Of a stretch of 64,000 nt of DNA, positions 40,131 to 50,956 are shown in pieces. A model generated the notes under the pieces. The model was not told where the DNA came from, made no database searches, and saw nothing but the letters and a program-made list of their open reading frames with translations. The stretch covers positions 215,020-279,019 of the forward strand of contig CAWDLS010000001.1 of the NCBI GenBank assembly GCA_963803275.1, read 5' to 3'. The stretch is from an uncultured Gammaproteobacteria bacterium. GTDB lineage: Bacteria > Pseudomonadota > Gammaproteobacteria > UBA9214. The position numbers were made by a program, and so were the translations under genes. Numbering within the stretch: position 1 is the first letter of the stretch; each line of letters starts with the position of its first letter.

Positions 40131-42713
40131 ATGAACCAGCGTACCGCACTGCCACTGGCGGCGCTGGTCCTGCTGCTGGCAACGCACTCGCAGGCATGTT
40201 CGGCGTGGAACTGCAGCCAGGCGCCGGATGGTCACTGGGATTGCACCGGCGCTGTGACACCACCAGCGGAACCGGTGACTACGCCGCCGCCACGCGCCGT
40301 CGAAACTCCCGCCGCACCAACCCCCCTGCCGGCAATACGGCCTGACGACAGGCCGGTACCGGCAGAACCGGCCGATACGTCCGGCGTCGTACCACCCGCG
40401 GCACCGGTGGCGGGCGAGCCGCCTGCTGCGGCGGAGCAGGAAAAGTCGCGTGCAGCCGACGCGGCGACAACAACGCCGCGCCCGACCACCCTGCACGCTA
40501 CAGAACTTGCACCGGCTTCGACCGCGCCGGCAGACGCCACGTTCGTACCGGAAAAAGGTGCGGAACGCAAATCAGACCGCTGGGCACTCTGTCCGTCGAT
40601 CACGTCGGAAACCGATGCGGCGGTCATGTCAGGCGATGGGGGGGCAGGCGTGATCGACCTGGAGGCAGACAACGCGGCTGCCAGTACCGACCGGGTCTTC
40701 ACGCTGAACGGCGATGCCCTGATCCGCTACGGTGATCGCCTGCTGCAGGCCAATAACATAGTCTACCGCCAGCAGGCAGGCGAGATCGAGGCCAGCGGTG
40801 GCATACGCTTCAAAGGCCCCGACCTGCTGGTAACCGGCGACTCCGCGCTACTGCAGTCCGATGAGGAACTGGGCACCCTGCGCGGCATCACCTATGCACT
40901 GCCCAACCAGCACGTGCGCGGTTCCGCCAGCCTGCTCAGTCTGGAAGGCGCCAAACGGCAGCGCCTGGAAAAGGCCACCTATACTACGTGTACGCCCGGC
41001 AACAAGGACTGGCTATTGTCGGCCGGGGATGTCGAAATCAATCACCTCGAGGGCACCGTCACGGCACGCGATGCGAAACTGACCTTCATGCAGGTTCCGA
41101 TTCTCTATACGCCGTACATCAGTTTCCCGCTGGATGAGCGCCGCAAGACCGGGCTGCTGTTCCCGAAGGTTGGCACGACCGATGAAACCGGCATCGATGT
41201 CAGTATCCCGTGGTACTGGAATATCGCGCCCAACCGCGATGCCACCATAACACCGCGCGTGATGAGCAACCGTGGCACCATGCTGGGTGGTGAATTCCGC
41301 TTCCTGACGCCGCACAGCAACGGCACCCTCAAGGCGGAATACCTGCCGTCGGATAGCGGCTTCAACAACGAGGACCGCAGATATGTCAGCCTGCGCCACG
41401 ACGCCAATCCACTGCCCAGGCTGGAAACCCATATCAATGCCGGTGACGTGTCCGATGCGCGTTATTTCGAGGATCTGGCCAACAATCTGGTCGAGTCCAG
41501 CCAGACCAGCCTGGAGCGTAGCGTACGCGCCATCTGGCATGGCCGCGGCTGGAACATTGGCATGACCGTGCAGGACTTCCAGAACCTCGACAGCACGCTG
41601 GCATCGGTCGACCAGCCCTACCGGCAGGTGCCGCAAATCGTCTACGAATTCAATCCGGCGCAACGTTTCCTGGGCCTCAGGACCACGGCGCTTGCGGAAT
41701 TCAACTACTTCAGCCACAGCGACAATTCCCTGGTAAAGGGTGCACGCTTCGATGTAGAGCCGCGACTCAGCCTGCCGGTGCGCCACGCCGGCTGGTATAT
41801 CGAGCCGGCAGTGGGTATACGCCATACCGCCTATGCGCTGGACAACGTCGGTCCCGGCATGGACGACCACCCGACCCGCACGACACCGGTCTACAGTCTC
41901 GATGCCGGCAGCTTCTTCGAGCGCAACGGGCGCTGGGGTGACAAGCCCTACGTGCAGACGCTCGAACCGCGCCTGTTCTACCTGTATGTGCCGGAAAGAG
42001 ACCAGAGTAACCTGCCGGTATTCGATACCGGCAACTACGATTTCAATTACTGGACATTGTTCCGCGAGAACCGCTTCAACGGACCGGACCGCATGGGCGA
42101 TGCCAACCAGCTGGCGCTGGCGCTGACCACACGCTTCCTGGACAGCACCAGCGGCCAGCAACTGCTCAGCGCGAGCCTTGGCTCGCTGCTTTATTTCCGT
42201 GACCGGACAGTTACGCTACCGGGTGATACCGCCGCTCTGGATGCCAGTTCGGACATCGTCGGTGAGCTGGGGCTGGCACTAACGCGGCACTGGATGGTCC
42301 GTGGTGAGGTACTGTGGAATCCGCACGCATCCAGTACCGAGCGTAATAATTATCGACTGCAGTACCGCCTGGGCCCGCGCCAGATCATCAATCTCGGATA
42401 CCGCTTCCGCGACGGCATCCAGGAGCAGTCCGACTTCTCCTTCCTGTGGCCGGTCAGCCGCGCCTGGCACATGGTTGGCCGCTGGTACTACGATGTCGCA
42501 ACCAATGAAACTATCGAGGTGCTTGGTGGTCTCGGGTATGAGCGTTGCTGCTGGGGAGTCCAGTTGCTGGCCCGCAACTACATCAACAACGACAGCAGTG
42601 CACGCACCACCGCCGTATTCCTGCAGCTCGAGTTCAAGGGTCTCGGCAAGCTGGGCACCAGCGTCGATGACGCGCTCGAACGTGGTATTCTTGGCTACCG
42701 ATCCGACAATTAA
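40131..42713 (+). CDS. lptD: LPS assembly outer-membrane protein LptD
   Basis: ATYTTC, PILYTPYISFP...RKTGLLFP, YWNIAPNRDAT, C-terminal QLEFKGLG; long Pro/Ala-rich N-terminal extension. Confidence 0.96.
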   Translation: MNQRTALPLAALVLLLATHSQACSAWNCSQAPDGHWDCTGAVTPPAEPVTTPPPRAVETPAAPTPLPAIRPDDRPVPAEPADTSGVVPPAAPVAGEPPAAAEQEKSRAADAATTTPRPTTLHATELAPASTAPADATFVPEKGAERKSDRWALCPSITSETDAAVMSGDGGAGVIDLEADNAAASTDRVFTLNGDALIRYGDRLLQANNIVYRQQAGEIEASGGIRFKGPDLLVTGDSALLQSDEELGTLRGITYALPNQHVRGSASLLSLEGAKRQRLEKATYTTCTPGNKDWLLSAGDVEINHLEGTVTARDAKLTFMQVPILYTPYISFPLDERRKTGLLFPKVGTTDETGIDVSIPWYWNIAPNRDATITPRVMSNRGTMLGGEFRFLTPHSNGTLKAEYLPSDSGFNNEDRRYVSLRHDANPLPRLETHINAGDVSDARYFEDLANNLVESSQTSLERSVRAIWHGRGWNIGMTVQDFQNLDSTLASVDQPYRQVPQIVYEFNPAQRFLGLRTTALAEFNYFSHSDNSLVKGARFDVEPRLSLPVRHAGWYIEPAVGIRHTAYALDNVGPGMDDHPTRTTPVYSLDAGSFFERNGRWGDKPYVQTLEPRLFYLYVPERDQSNLPVFDTGNYDFNYWTLFRENRFNGPDRMGDANQLALALTTRFLDSTSGQQLLSASLGSLLYFRDRTVTLPGDTAALDASSDIVGELGLALTRHWMVRGEVLWNPHASSTERNNYRLQYRLGPRQIINLGYRFRDGIQEQSDFSFLWPVSRAWHMVGRWYYDVATNETIEVLGGLGYERCCWGVQLLARNYINNDSSARTTAVFLQLEFKGLGKLGTSVDDALERGILGYRSDN

Positions 42714-42732
42714 TGTGCTGCGAATGGACACC

Positions 42733-44058
42733 ATGAAATTCCCCCGATTCCTGCCCGCCCTCATGCTGCTAGCCCTGAGCGGCGGCACCTTGGCTGCCAC
42801 CGAGCAGCCTGCAGAGCCGCCGTCCGCAACGCAACACATCCTCCTGAACCGCATCGTTGCCATCGTCAATGATGGCATCATCGTCTCCAGCGAGCTGGAT
42901 GCCGCAATCGCCAACGTAACCGCCCAGCTGCGCAGCAAGGGCACGCAAATACCGGATCGCAAGGTACTGGAGCGACAGGTACTGGAACGCCTGGTAGTCG
43001 AGAGACTGCAGCTGCAACTTGCCGAGGCCAATGGCATGACGATCGATGACAGTACGCTGAACAGCGAGGTTCAGACCCTCGCCCGCGGCAATGGCATTTC
43101 GGTTTCGGAATTCCGCGCAGTTATCGAACGCGATGGTTACAGCTATGCGGCGTTTCGCGAGGACCTGCGCAAGCAACTGCTGATCCAGGAACTCCGCAGG
43201 CAGATGGTCGGTAGCCGTATCCGGGTAAGCGACCAGGAAATTGACAACCTGCAGGCCACCCTGAAGGCCAGCGGCTCAGGCGATGTCGAATATCACCTCG
43301 CCCATATCCTGGTCGCGATTCCCGAGGCCGCCAGCCCGGAGCAAGTACAGGCGGCCGAGCAGCGGGCCGGGAGCATACTCCGGCGCCTGCAGGCAGGCAC
43401 GGATTTTTCCGAGACCGCCATTGCCGAGTCGAATGCCCAGACCGCACTGGAAGGCGGCGATATCGGCTGGCGCAGCCTTGGCCAGATGCCCGAGCTGTTC
43501 GTGGAACCGCTGCAATCGATGCATGTGGGCGACATTTCCGGGCTGATCCGCAGCACCGGCGGCTTTCATATCATCAAGCTGCTGGAAAAACGCGGCGACG
43601 AGCGCCATATCATGCGCCAGACACGCACGCGTCATATCCTGCTGAAGGCGGATGACCTGCACAGCGACGCCGACAACTACATCCGCATCAAGCAGCTGGA
43701 GATGCGCCTGCGTAGCGGTGAAGACTTTGCCACGCTGGCACGCTCCAACTCACAGGACACGCTGTCAGCAGCCAAGGGCGGCGATCTCGGCTGGCTCAGT
43801 CCGGGCGATACCACGCCCGATTTCGAGGATGCCATGAACAAACTCGCCCCCGGTGAAATCAGTGAGCCGGTCCAGACCCGGTATGGCTGGCACCTGATAC
43901 AGGTACTGGAATACCGCGATCGCGACGACACGGTGGAATTCGAGCGCAACCGGGTGAAAAACCTGATCCGTACGCGCAAGTACGACGAAGAACTGTTGCT
44001 ATGGCTGCGGCGCCTGCGCGACGAGGCGTACGTGGAATTCCGCGTCGACGAAAGCTAG
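42733..44058 (+). CDS. surA: Periplasmic chaperone/PPIase SurA
   Basis: NRIVAIVND, two parvulin domains (HILV..GGDIGW; RHIL..GGDLGW..GWHLI), LRDEAYVE. Confidence 0.96.
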   Translation: MKFPRFLPALMLLALSGGTLAATEQPAEPPSATQHILLNRIVAIVNDGIIVSSELDAAIANVTAQLRSKGTQIPDRKVLERQVLERLVVERLQLQLAEANGMTIDDSTLNSEVQTLARGNGISVSEFRAVIERDGYSYAAFREDLRKQLLIQELRRQMVGSRIRVSDQEIDNLQATLKASGSGDVEYHLAHILVAIPEAASPEQVQAAEQRAGSILRRLQAGTDFSETAIAESNAQTALEGGDIGWRSLGQMPELFVEPLQSMHVGDISGLIRSTGGFHIIKLLEKRGDERHIMRQTRTRHILLKADDLHSDADNYIRIKQLEMRLRSGEDFATLARSNSQDTLSAAKGGDLGWLSPGDTTPDFEDAMNKLAPGEISEPVQTRYGWHLIQVLEYRDRDDTVEFERNRVKNLIRTRKYDEELLLWLRRLRDEAYVEFRVDES

Positions 44059-44232
44059 GGAGTCTGTCCGGCTGTGATCAACCTGCCACGAAAGCACCAC
44101 GGCGACCCGTATGTCTGTACAGACACGTCACATGCCATTCGCCATGCTCCTCGAATTTGCGCCCGTCTGTATTCGCTGCGGCGTATTCCCGCAACGGGTC
44201 CCGCTACCCGAGCAGGCTCCTAGCGTACCGTC

Positions 44233-45228
44233 TTGACCGGCAAAATACTCCGCATAGCCGTCACACCCGGCGAACCGGCCGGCATCGGGCCTGACCTGTG
44301 TCTGTTGCTGCAGCAGCGGCCGATGACGGATGTCGAGGCTGTCTATATCTGTGACCCTGACCTGCTGATGACGCGTGCCACCCGGCTCGGGCTACCGGTA
44401 CACCTGCGCCGCTTCGACCCGTCCGCTACACCACGGGCCAGCGCACCAGGCGAATTATGCATCGCGCAGGCCAGCCCTCTGCGCGCAACGGTACGTTGCG
44501 GTGTGCCGGACAGCAGCAATGCACGCTATGTGCTCGATACGCTGGATGCCGCGGTAGCCGGCTGTCAGGACGGTACCTTTGCCGCGCTAGTTACCGGTCC
44601 GGTTCACAAGGCCATCATCAATGATGCCGGCTACCCGTTCAGCGGCCATACCGAGTACCTTGCGGCAGCGACGCATACCTCCGACGTGGTCATGCTGCTC
44701 ATCGCCGAAAACCTGCGTGTCGCACTGGTCACCACGCATGTCCCCCTGGCGAAGGTCAGTGCCCTGATCACCGGGGATCGCCTGCAAGGCGTGATTCGCG
44801 TGTTGCATCATGACCTGCAGACCCGCTTCGGCATCGCACAACCTCGCATCAAGGTATGCGGCCTCAATCCCCATGCCGGCGAGGGTGGCCACCTCGGCCG
44901 TGAGGAAATCGAGGTGATCACCCCGGCACTGGAGGGACTGCGCGCAGCGGGCATGGACCTGACCGGGCCGGTACCGGCCGACACGGTATTCACCGTGGAC
45001 AGCATCGCGGACAGCGACGCCATCCTCGCCATGTACCACGACCAGGGCCTGCCGGTCCTGAAACACCTTGGCTTCGGCCGCGCCGTCAACATCACTCTCG
45101 GCCTGCCGATCATCCGAACCTCGGTCGACCACGGCACCGCCCTGGAGCTCGCCGGCACAGGTCGCATCGACACCGGCAGCATGCAGATGGCAATGCAATT
45201 CGCCGCCGGGATGGCCCGGCGCAAGTGA
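44233..45228 (+). CDS. pdxA: 4-hydroxythreonine-4-phosphate dehydrogenase
   Basis: GEPAGIGPD, GHTEYL, NPHAGEGG, MYHDQG, RTSVDHGTA. Confidence 0.96.
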   Translation: MTGKILRIAVTPGEPAGIGPDLCLLLQQRPMTDVEAVYICDPDLLMTRATRLGLPVHLRRFDPSATPRASAPGELCIAQASPLRATVRCGVPDSSNARYVLDTLDAAVAGCQDGTFAALVTGPVHKAIINDAGYPFSGHTEYLAAATHTSDVVMLLIAENLRVALVTTHVPLAKVSALITGDRLQGVIRVLHHDLQTRFGIAQPRIKVCGLNPHAGEGGHLGREEIEVITPALEGLRAAGMDLTGPVPADTVFTVDSIADSDAILAMYHDQGLPVLKHLGFGRAVNITLGLPIIRTSVDHGTALELAGTGRIDTGSMQMAMQFAAGMARRK

Positions 45229-45356
45229 TCATGAGGCGCCAAAACGTACTGCTGCAGGTGACCACCAGCGGGCCTGGCCAGACGGTATCAGCAGATGCCG
45301 GCGACCGTTCTGAAGGATCTTGATCGATGCGCGATCACGGGCAAACAGGCAGGGGA

Positions 45357-46307
45357 ATGCATCTGCACACGCTGGCAAGGCTTCAGCACAGGCATGACTT
45401 TTCGGTGATAAATGAAAAGGGTGAGCGACGGACACGCCTCGTCCTGGTACTCACCGCGATTACCATGGTGGTGGAGATCCTCGCAGGCAGCCTGTTCGGC
45501 TCGATGGCCCTGCTTGCGGATGGCTGGCACATGGGCACGCACGTCGCTGCCTTCTTGATCACCATTTTTGCCTACCGTTATGCACGCAAGCATGCGAAAA
45601 ATCCCGACTATTCATTTGGCACCGGGAAAGTCAGCGTCCTTGGCGGCTTTACCAGCGCAGTAGCACTGGCGGCTGTGGCAATCATCATGCTCCTGGAGTC
45701 CGTGCAGCGGTTCATCGTCCCCCACGCCATCCACTTTAACGAGGCAATAATCGTTGCCGTCACCGGATTACTGGTGAATGTTGTCAGCGCCCTGCTGCTG
45801 AAAGACAGCCATTTTCACGCCGACGATCACCCTGACGACCACCACCATGACCATAACCTGCGTGCCGCCTACCTGCATGTACTGGCGGATGCGCTGACCT
45901 CCCTGCTTGCCATCACGGCACTGGTGTCAGGCAAATATATGGGCTGGGTCTGGCTGGACCCGGCGATGGGTATGGTCGGAGCGATGATTATCGCACGCTG
46001 GTCATACGGACTGCTCAGGCAAACCAGCCCGATACTGCTGGATGCAAGCATCGGCAGCGCGTATCAGGCGGCAATCAGGGAAACCATAGAGAATGATTCC
46101 GATAACAGGATTTCCGACATTCATGTCTGGAAGATCGGCGCAAACGACTATGCAGCAATCATCTCCCTGGTTACACACTTTCCGAAAACCACGGAACATT
46201 ACAGGCAACTGCTGAGAGGCTTTCGCTGGCTGTCCCACATCACGATCGAGGTTAACGAGTGCCGGGACGACCCTTGCGCGCCGGACGACGACAAGAACCG
46301 TGCATAA
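45357..46307 (+). CDS. Cation diffusion facilitator (DmeF-like, His-rich loop)
   Basis: LLADGWHMGTH, HFHADDHPDDHHHDHNLRAAYLHVLADALTS, LDPAMG; start 45327 or 45357. Confidence 0.9.
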   Translation: MHLHTLARLQHRHDFSVINEKGERRTRLVLVLTAITMVVEILAGSLFGSMALLADGWHMGTHVAAFLITIFAYRYARKHAKNPDYSFGTGKVSVLGGFTSAVALAAVAIIMLLESVQRFIVPHAIHFNEAIIVAVTGLLVNVVSALLLKDSHFHADDHPDDHHHDHNLRAAYLHVLADALTSLLAITALVSGKYMGWVWLDPAMGMVGAMIIARWSYGLLRQTSPILLDASIGSAYQAAIRETIENDSDNRISDIHVWKIGANDYAAIISLVTHFPKTTEHYRQLLRGFRWLSHITIEVNECRDDPCAPDDDKNRA

Positions 46308-46646
46308 CCGGGCTGGCAGGACAGCCAGCAGATTCCCGCACAATAACCGGACCGCTAATCCGGCTGCGGTATTTCCCTGTGCAGTAATGGCGAGTCAACC
46401 TGTCCATCCTTTCGACCGCCGGCGCCTGCCCGAGTCACGCGAGCAGTCGAGGCTCACCGGCCCGGAGATCAGAATGTTCGAGAAACGGCTCAATCATCGA
46501 TCCGTTAAGCGCCCGGGCTTGTTGACACCCCACGATATTTTCAACAACACTCGAATTCAACCAGCCATTGCGTTTGCAGCTGAATCCATGAACTGTATCC
46601 TGTACCGGTGACGGTTAAATACCTGCAACAGCAACACTGACTCGCG

Positions 46647-47429
46647 ATGTCACACACCCCGCGCAAGCGTTTTGGCCAGAACTTTTTGCATGACCCCGGA
46701 GTGATCAGCAGGATCGTGGCGGCGATCCGCCCGCTGCCGGGTGAACACCTGGTTGAAATCGGACCTGGTCAGGGTGCGATAACCCTGCCACTGCTTGAGG
46801 CTACCGGCAGGCTCACGGTTGTCGAGCTGGATCGCGACCTGGTCCAGCCGCTGCAGAACCACTGTCGCACTGCCGGTGAACTCACGGTGCACAACACCGA
46901 CGCACTGCGTTTCGATTTCTGCAGCCTGGCGAACGATGCAGCGCTGAGAATTGTCGGCAATCTGCCTTACAATATATCCACACCCCTGCTGTTCCACCTG
47001 CTGGACCAGAGCGAGTGCATCAACGACATGCATTTCATGCTGCAGAAGGAAGTGGTGGAACGCATGGCCGCGCAACCCGGGAACGGCCAGTACGGCCGCT
47101 TGAGCGTGATGCTGCAATATCGATGCAAGGTAAGCCCGCTGTTCAGTATCGGGTCCGGTGCCTTCACTCCGCCGCCGAAAGTCGAGTCGGCCTTCGTGCG
47201 CCTGGAGCCGTTCGCACTGCCACCGGTGAATGTCGCCGACGAGGCCGTATTTGCGGCCGTGGTGCGGCAGGCCTTTGCACAGCGCCGCAAGACCCTGCGC
47301 AACGCGCTGCGCGGCCTGCTGGATGCAGATGAAATCAGCGGGGCGGGGGTTGATCCGGGTCTGCGTGCCGAGGCACTGGGCCTGGAAGCGTTTGCCGCGC
47401 TGGCCAACCAGGCAGCGCGGCAGAGGTAA
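46647..47429 (+). CDS. rsmA: 16S rRNA m6,2A1518/A1519 dimethyltransferase
   Basis: RKRFGQNFL, EIGPGQG, VGNLPYNIST, MLQKEV, PPPKVESA. Confidence 0.97.
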   Translation: MSHTPRKRFGQNFLHDPGVISRIVAAIRPLPGEHLVEIGPGQGAITLPLLEATGRLTVVELDRDLVQPLQNHCRTAGELTVHNTDALRFDFCSLANDAALRIVGNLPYNISTPLLFHLLDQSECINDMHFMLQKEVVERMAAQPGNGQYGRLSVMLQYRCKVSPLFSIGSGAFTPPPKVESAFVRLEPFALPPVNVADEAVFAAVVRQAFAQRRKTLRNALRGLLDADEISGAGVDPGLRAEALGLEAFAALANQAARQR

Positions 47430-47473
47430 TCACCAGTGCAGGTACACGGCGGTCTGCACCGGTATCCTGGGTG

Positions 47474-47776
47474 CTACTTCCAGGGCATTCTCACGGACAG
47501 GTGGATGCCGGTGCTGTTGAAGCCATGATGGTCTGCATGTACTGCATTGAAGGCGTCTCTGGATTCCGATGGGGATTTGAACGTCATGTGCAGACCGGCA
47601 CGCTGGCCAACCGGAGCAAGCTGTACGTCACCATCCATCAACTGGGCAAATCGCGACTTGCTAAACTGGTTTTCCGCGGCTGTGGCTGCCCCCGGCATGA
47701 CCCACGCGGAGGCGAACAGCACGGCTATCAATACCAGGAACCTTGGCATGTGGATTGTGTTATTGCTGGTCATCAT
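47474..47776 (-). CDS. Small exported hypothetical protein
   Basis: Signal-like RFLVLIAVLFASAWVMPGAATA; ends GIHLSVRMPWK; start uncertain. Confidence 0.6.
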   Translation of the reverse strand: MMTSNNTIHMPRFLVLIAVLFASAWVMPGAATAAENQFSKSRFAQLMDGDVQLAPVGQRAGLHMTFKSPSESRDAFNAVHADHHGFNSTGIHLSVRMPWK

Positions 47777-47989
47777 AACTGCCTCACATCTAGGTCGGTA
47801 TTGCGCTGTTGAGAACTGCAGGCCGGGACTGTTCGGGTTGACTCCATCATGAACAAGCCGCGTTTCGCAAACCGGGACGCGGTTCACATTACTGGGCATC
47901 GACTGCGCCGACTTGCTGGAAACCCGCCCCCGCGCAACGCTAATTATTAAATAAAATCAATACTCTATTATTATTCTCCTCAGTTTGCA

Positions 47990-48003
47990 TTGATCCCGGT
48001 CAA
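47990..48003. promoter_or_regulatory. FNR-like site in an AT-rich divergent promoter region
   Basis: TTGAT-CCCG-GTCAA (one mismatch to consensus). Confidence 0.45.
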
Positions 48004-48241
48004 AACCACAAAGAATGTGTCTTAATTCAACCTTGGATATCGCACCATTAGCCTCCCAAATCGTCATTATTTTGACATTGATAGACGCAAGCAGGCGTTC
48101 CAATCTTCATACAACTATACAAAGGTAGCAGTCAAGCCGGAATCCGCACCTCTGTCCGGTATCGTGTCACTGGATAGTCGGTTTTTTGTCCCCAACAGGG
48201 GGAAAGCGTATGCTTTAACCATTCAGAATGGAATGCAGGCG

Positions 48242-48625
48242 ATGAACACCGAAAACCTTCACAACATCACCATTGAAGTCGAAACGAACTACATTGAAGG
48301 ACAATCCGAGCCGAACAAGGAGCGTTATGTATTCTCCTACACCATCACCATCCGCAACGAGGGCGACGTTCCGGCCCAGTTGATGTCACGCCACTGGATC
48401 ATCACCGACGCCAACGGTCATACCCAGGAAGTACGCGGCGAGGGTGTGGTTGGGGAACAGCCGCACCTCAGGCCTGGCGAGGGTTTCCAGTACACCAGCG
48501 GCACCATGATCGCAACGCCGGTTGGCAGCATGCGCGGTGCCTACCAGATGGTCGCCGAGAACGGCGACCAGTTTGATGCCATTATTCCTCCTTTCACGCT
48601 TGCTATCCCGCGCACGCTGCACTGA
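48242..48625 (+). CDS. apaG: ApaG
   Basis: YVFSYTITI, QLMSRHWIITDANG, EVRGEGVVGEQP, YTSG. Confidence 0.96.
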   Translation: MNTENLHNITIEVETNYIEGQSEPNKERYVFSYTITIRNEGDVPAQLMSRHWIITDANGHTQEVRGEGVVGEQPHLRPGEGFQYTSGTMIATPVGSMRGAYQMVAENGDQFDAIIPPFTLAIPRTLH

Positions 48626-48634
48626 TTCGACACA

Positions 48635-49459
48635 ATGGCCGTCTACGCCGTTGGGGACATCCAGGGCTGTTTCGATGAACTCCGCGCACTGCTGGACCGG
48701 CTCCGCTTTGATCCGGCAGACGACCGGCTCTGGCTGGTGGGCGACCTGGTCGGTCGCGGTCCGAAATCCCTGGAAACGCTGCGCCTGGTGCGTAATCTCG
48801 GTCCAGCCGCCATCACCGTACTCGGCAATCATGATCTGCACCTGGTTGCCGCCGCCAATGGCCGGCAGCTCGACCATCACGACCATACCCTGGATGCCGT
48901 CCTTACGGCACCCGATCGCGATGAACTGATCGACTGGTTGCGTCAACGCCCGCTGCTGTACCACGATGGCAGCACCGGGTTCACCATGGTGCACGCCGGG
49001 CTGCCGCCACAATGGGACCTGGCCCTGGCTCAGCAATGCGCGCACGAGGTTGAAACCGCGCTGCGCGGATCGCGCTTCACCGGATTTATCGACCACATGT
49101 ACGGCAACCGGCCGAACCGGTGGTCGGACACCCTGACCGGCTGGGAACGCCTGCGCTTTTGCGTGAACTGCTTCACGCGCATGCGCTACTGCGATGCCGA
49201 CGGGCGACTCAATTTCTCCTGCAAGGGCCCGCCAGGCAGCCAGAAGGACGGGTTGCTTCCCTGGTTTGAAGTGCCACGTGCCAGCAACGGCCTCAAGCTG
49301 GTGTTTGGCCACTGGTCGACACTGGGTTCGCGCGATGACCCGGGTATCTACCCGCTGGACACCGGCTGTCTGTGGGGAGGCACGCTGACGGCGCTGCGTC
49401 TCGATACGGAACCGGAATGGTTCAGGCTGAAATGTGCGGGACAGCGCAAACCGCGCTGA
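48635..49459 (+). CDS. apaH: Symmetrical diadenosine tetraphosphatase
   Basis: GDIQGC, GDLVGRGP, LGNHD, FGHWS, LDTGCLWGG. Confidence 0.96.
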   Translation: MAVYAVGDIQGCFDELRALLDRLRFDPADDRLWLVGDLVGRGPKSLETLRLVRNLGPAAITVLGNHDLHLVAAANGRQLDHHDHTLDAVLTAPDRDELIDWLRQRPLLYHDGSTGFTMVHAGLPPQWDLALAQQCAHEVETALRGSRFTGFIDHMYGNRPNRWSDTLTGWERLRFCVNCFTRMRYCDADGRLNFSCKGPPGSQKDGLLPWFEVPRASNGLKLVFGHWSTLGSRDDPGIYPLDTGCLWGGTLTALRLDTEPEWFRLKCAGQRKPR

Positions 49460-49502
49460 TCACAGCGTCCGGAAGCGGGCACCCGCTGTCTGCCTGGAGC
49501 CT

Positions 49503-49554
49503 GGTCCGGTTCGTGAACCCCGTGCGACACCGGACCCGGCGTTGAAAACGCCGG
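49503..49554. other. Two adjacent hairpins between convergent apaH and folA
   Basis: GGTCCGGT...ACCGGACC and CCGGCGTT-GAA-AACGCCGG. Confidence 0.5.
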
Positions 49555-49659
49555 CATAACCGGGAGGCACGTTATACCGGGGCGGGATCCGGAGCGAACG
49601 ATATCATGGCGTCCCTGCGGGCGATGAGTGCCGGTGCCCGCCGGTGCAATCCGGGCTGG

Positions 49660-50151
49660 CTAACCGCTTACCCGTTCCAGCCGGATAAAGCTGCAGGCAT
49701 GCGCATTCCTGTCATCCGGCGCATGCTCATTGCGCTCCACCTCGCGCCACTCGGACTGATTCAGTTCGGGGAAAAAGGCATCGCCCGGAAAATCGCCCTC
49801 CACCAGTGTCAGGTACAGCGTATCCGCATCCGGCAGGACCTGGCGATAGAGTTGTTCGCCACCGATGACCATCACCTCGTCATGGCCCTGTGCAACGGCC
49901 AGCGCCTCGCCGATGGAGTGCACGACATTACAGCCTTCGGCGGTATAGTTGCTGTCGCGGGTTATGACGATACTGGTGCGTCCCGGCAAGGGCCGACCTA
50001 TGGATTCCCAGGTCTTGCGCCCCATCAGGATCGGCTTGCCCATCGTGATTTGCCGGAAGTGCTTCAGGTCGGCCGGCAGGTGCCAGGGCAGGCGGTTTTC
50101 ATGCCCGATGACCCGCTTGGCATCCATCGCCACAATGATCGAGAGCTTCAT
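49660..50151 (-). CDS. folA: Dihydrofolate reductase
   Basis: LPWHLPADLKHF, MGRKTWESIGRPLPGR, IGGEQLY, GDAFFP. Confidence 0.97.
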   Translation of the reverse strand: MKLSIIVAMDAKRVIGHENRLPWHLPADLKHFRQITMGKPILMGRKTWESIGRPLPGRTSIVITRDSNYTAEGCNVVHSIGEALAVAQGHDEVMVIGGEQLYRQVLPDADTLYLTLVEGDFPGDAFFPELNQSEWREVERNEHAPDDRNAHACSFIRLERVSG

Positions 50152-50157
50152 AACAGG

Positions 50158-50952
50158 TTAAACGGCGACCGGCGCCCTGATATGCGGATGCGGATCGTAA
50201 CCCTGCAGTTCGAAATCATCGAAGGTAAAGGCGAACAGGTCTTTCACCTCCGGGTTGATACACATGGTCGGCATTGCGCGCGGTGTGCGCGACAATTGCA
50301 GATCGGCCTGCTCCAGGTGGTTCAGATACAGGTGAGCATCACCGAAGGTGTGCACGAAGTCACCGGGCTCGAGCCCGGTGACCTGCGCCATCATCTGCAG
50401 CAGGAGGGCGTAGGAGGCGATATTGAACGGAACGCCAAGGAAGATATCGGCACTGCGCTGGTAGAGCTGGCACGACAGGCGGCCACCGGCGACATAAAAC
50501 TGGAAAAAGGCATGGCACGGAGGCAATGCCATTTTTTCTACCTCGCCGACGTTCCATGCGCTGACGATAATCCGCCGCGAATCCGGGTTGTTCATGATCT
50601 GGTCGACCACCAGCCTGATCTGGTCGACGTGGCGACCGTCAGCAGTCGGCCAGGAGCGCCACTGATACCCGTAGATGGGCCCCAGCTCGCCGCTCTCGTC
50701 GGCCCACTCGTCCCAGATGGTGACGTTGTTGTCGTGCAGGTATCGGATATTGGTTTCGCCCTTCAGGAACCACAGCAGTTCGTGAATGATGGAGCGCAGG
50801 TGCAGTTTCTTGGTGGTGACCAGCGGAAAGCCGGCGGCGAGGTCGAAGCGCATCTGGTAGCCGAACACACTGACCGTCCCGGTGCCGGTGCGGTCTTCCT
50901 TGCGGGTGCCATGGTCGCGCACATGGCGCATCAGGTCGAGATACTGTCTCAT
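50158..50952 (-). CDS. thyA: Thymidylate synthase
   Basis: [38 protein letters not shown]. Confidence 0.98.
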   Translation of the reverse strand: MRQYLDLMRHVRDHGTRKEDRTGTGTVSVFGYQMRFDLAAGFPLVTTKKLHLRSIIHELLWFLKGETNIRYLHDNNVTIWDEWADESGELGPIYGYQWRSWPTADGRHVDQIRLVVDQIMNNPDSRRIIVSAWNVGEVEKMALPPCHAFFQFYVAGGRLSCQLYQRSADIFLGVPFNIASYALLLQMMAQVTGLEPGDFVHTFGDAHLYLNHLEQADLQLSRTPRAMPTMCINPEVKDLFAFTFDDFELQGYDPHPHIRAPVAV

Positions 50953-50956
50953 GGGA

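Noticed and set aside
40200-40600. Pro/Ala-rich region with WxC..WxC motif at the LptD N-terminus
   Set aside because: Such extensions are known in Pseudomonas-type LptD; no tandem DNA repeat underlies it
42301-42732. Long N-terminal extension of the surA ORF
   Set aside because: Overlaps the lptD 3' end in another frame; the signal peptide begins at 42733
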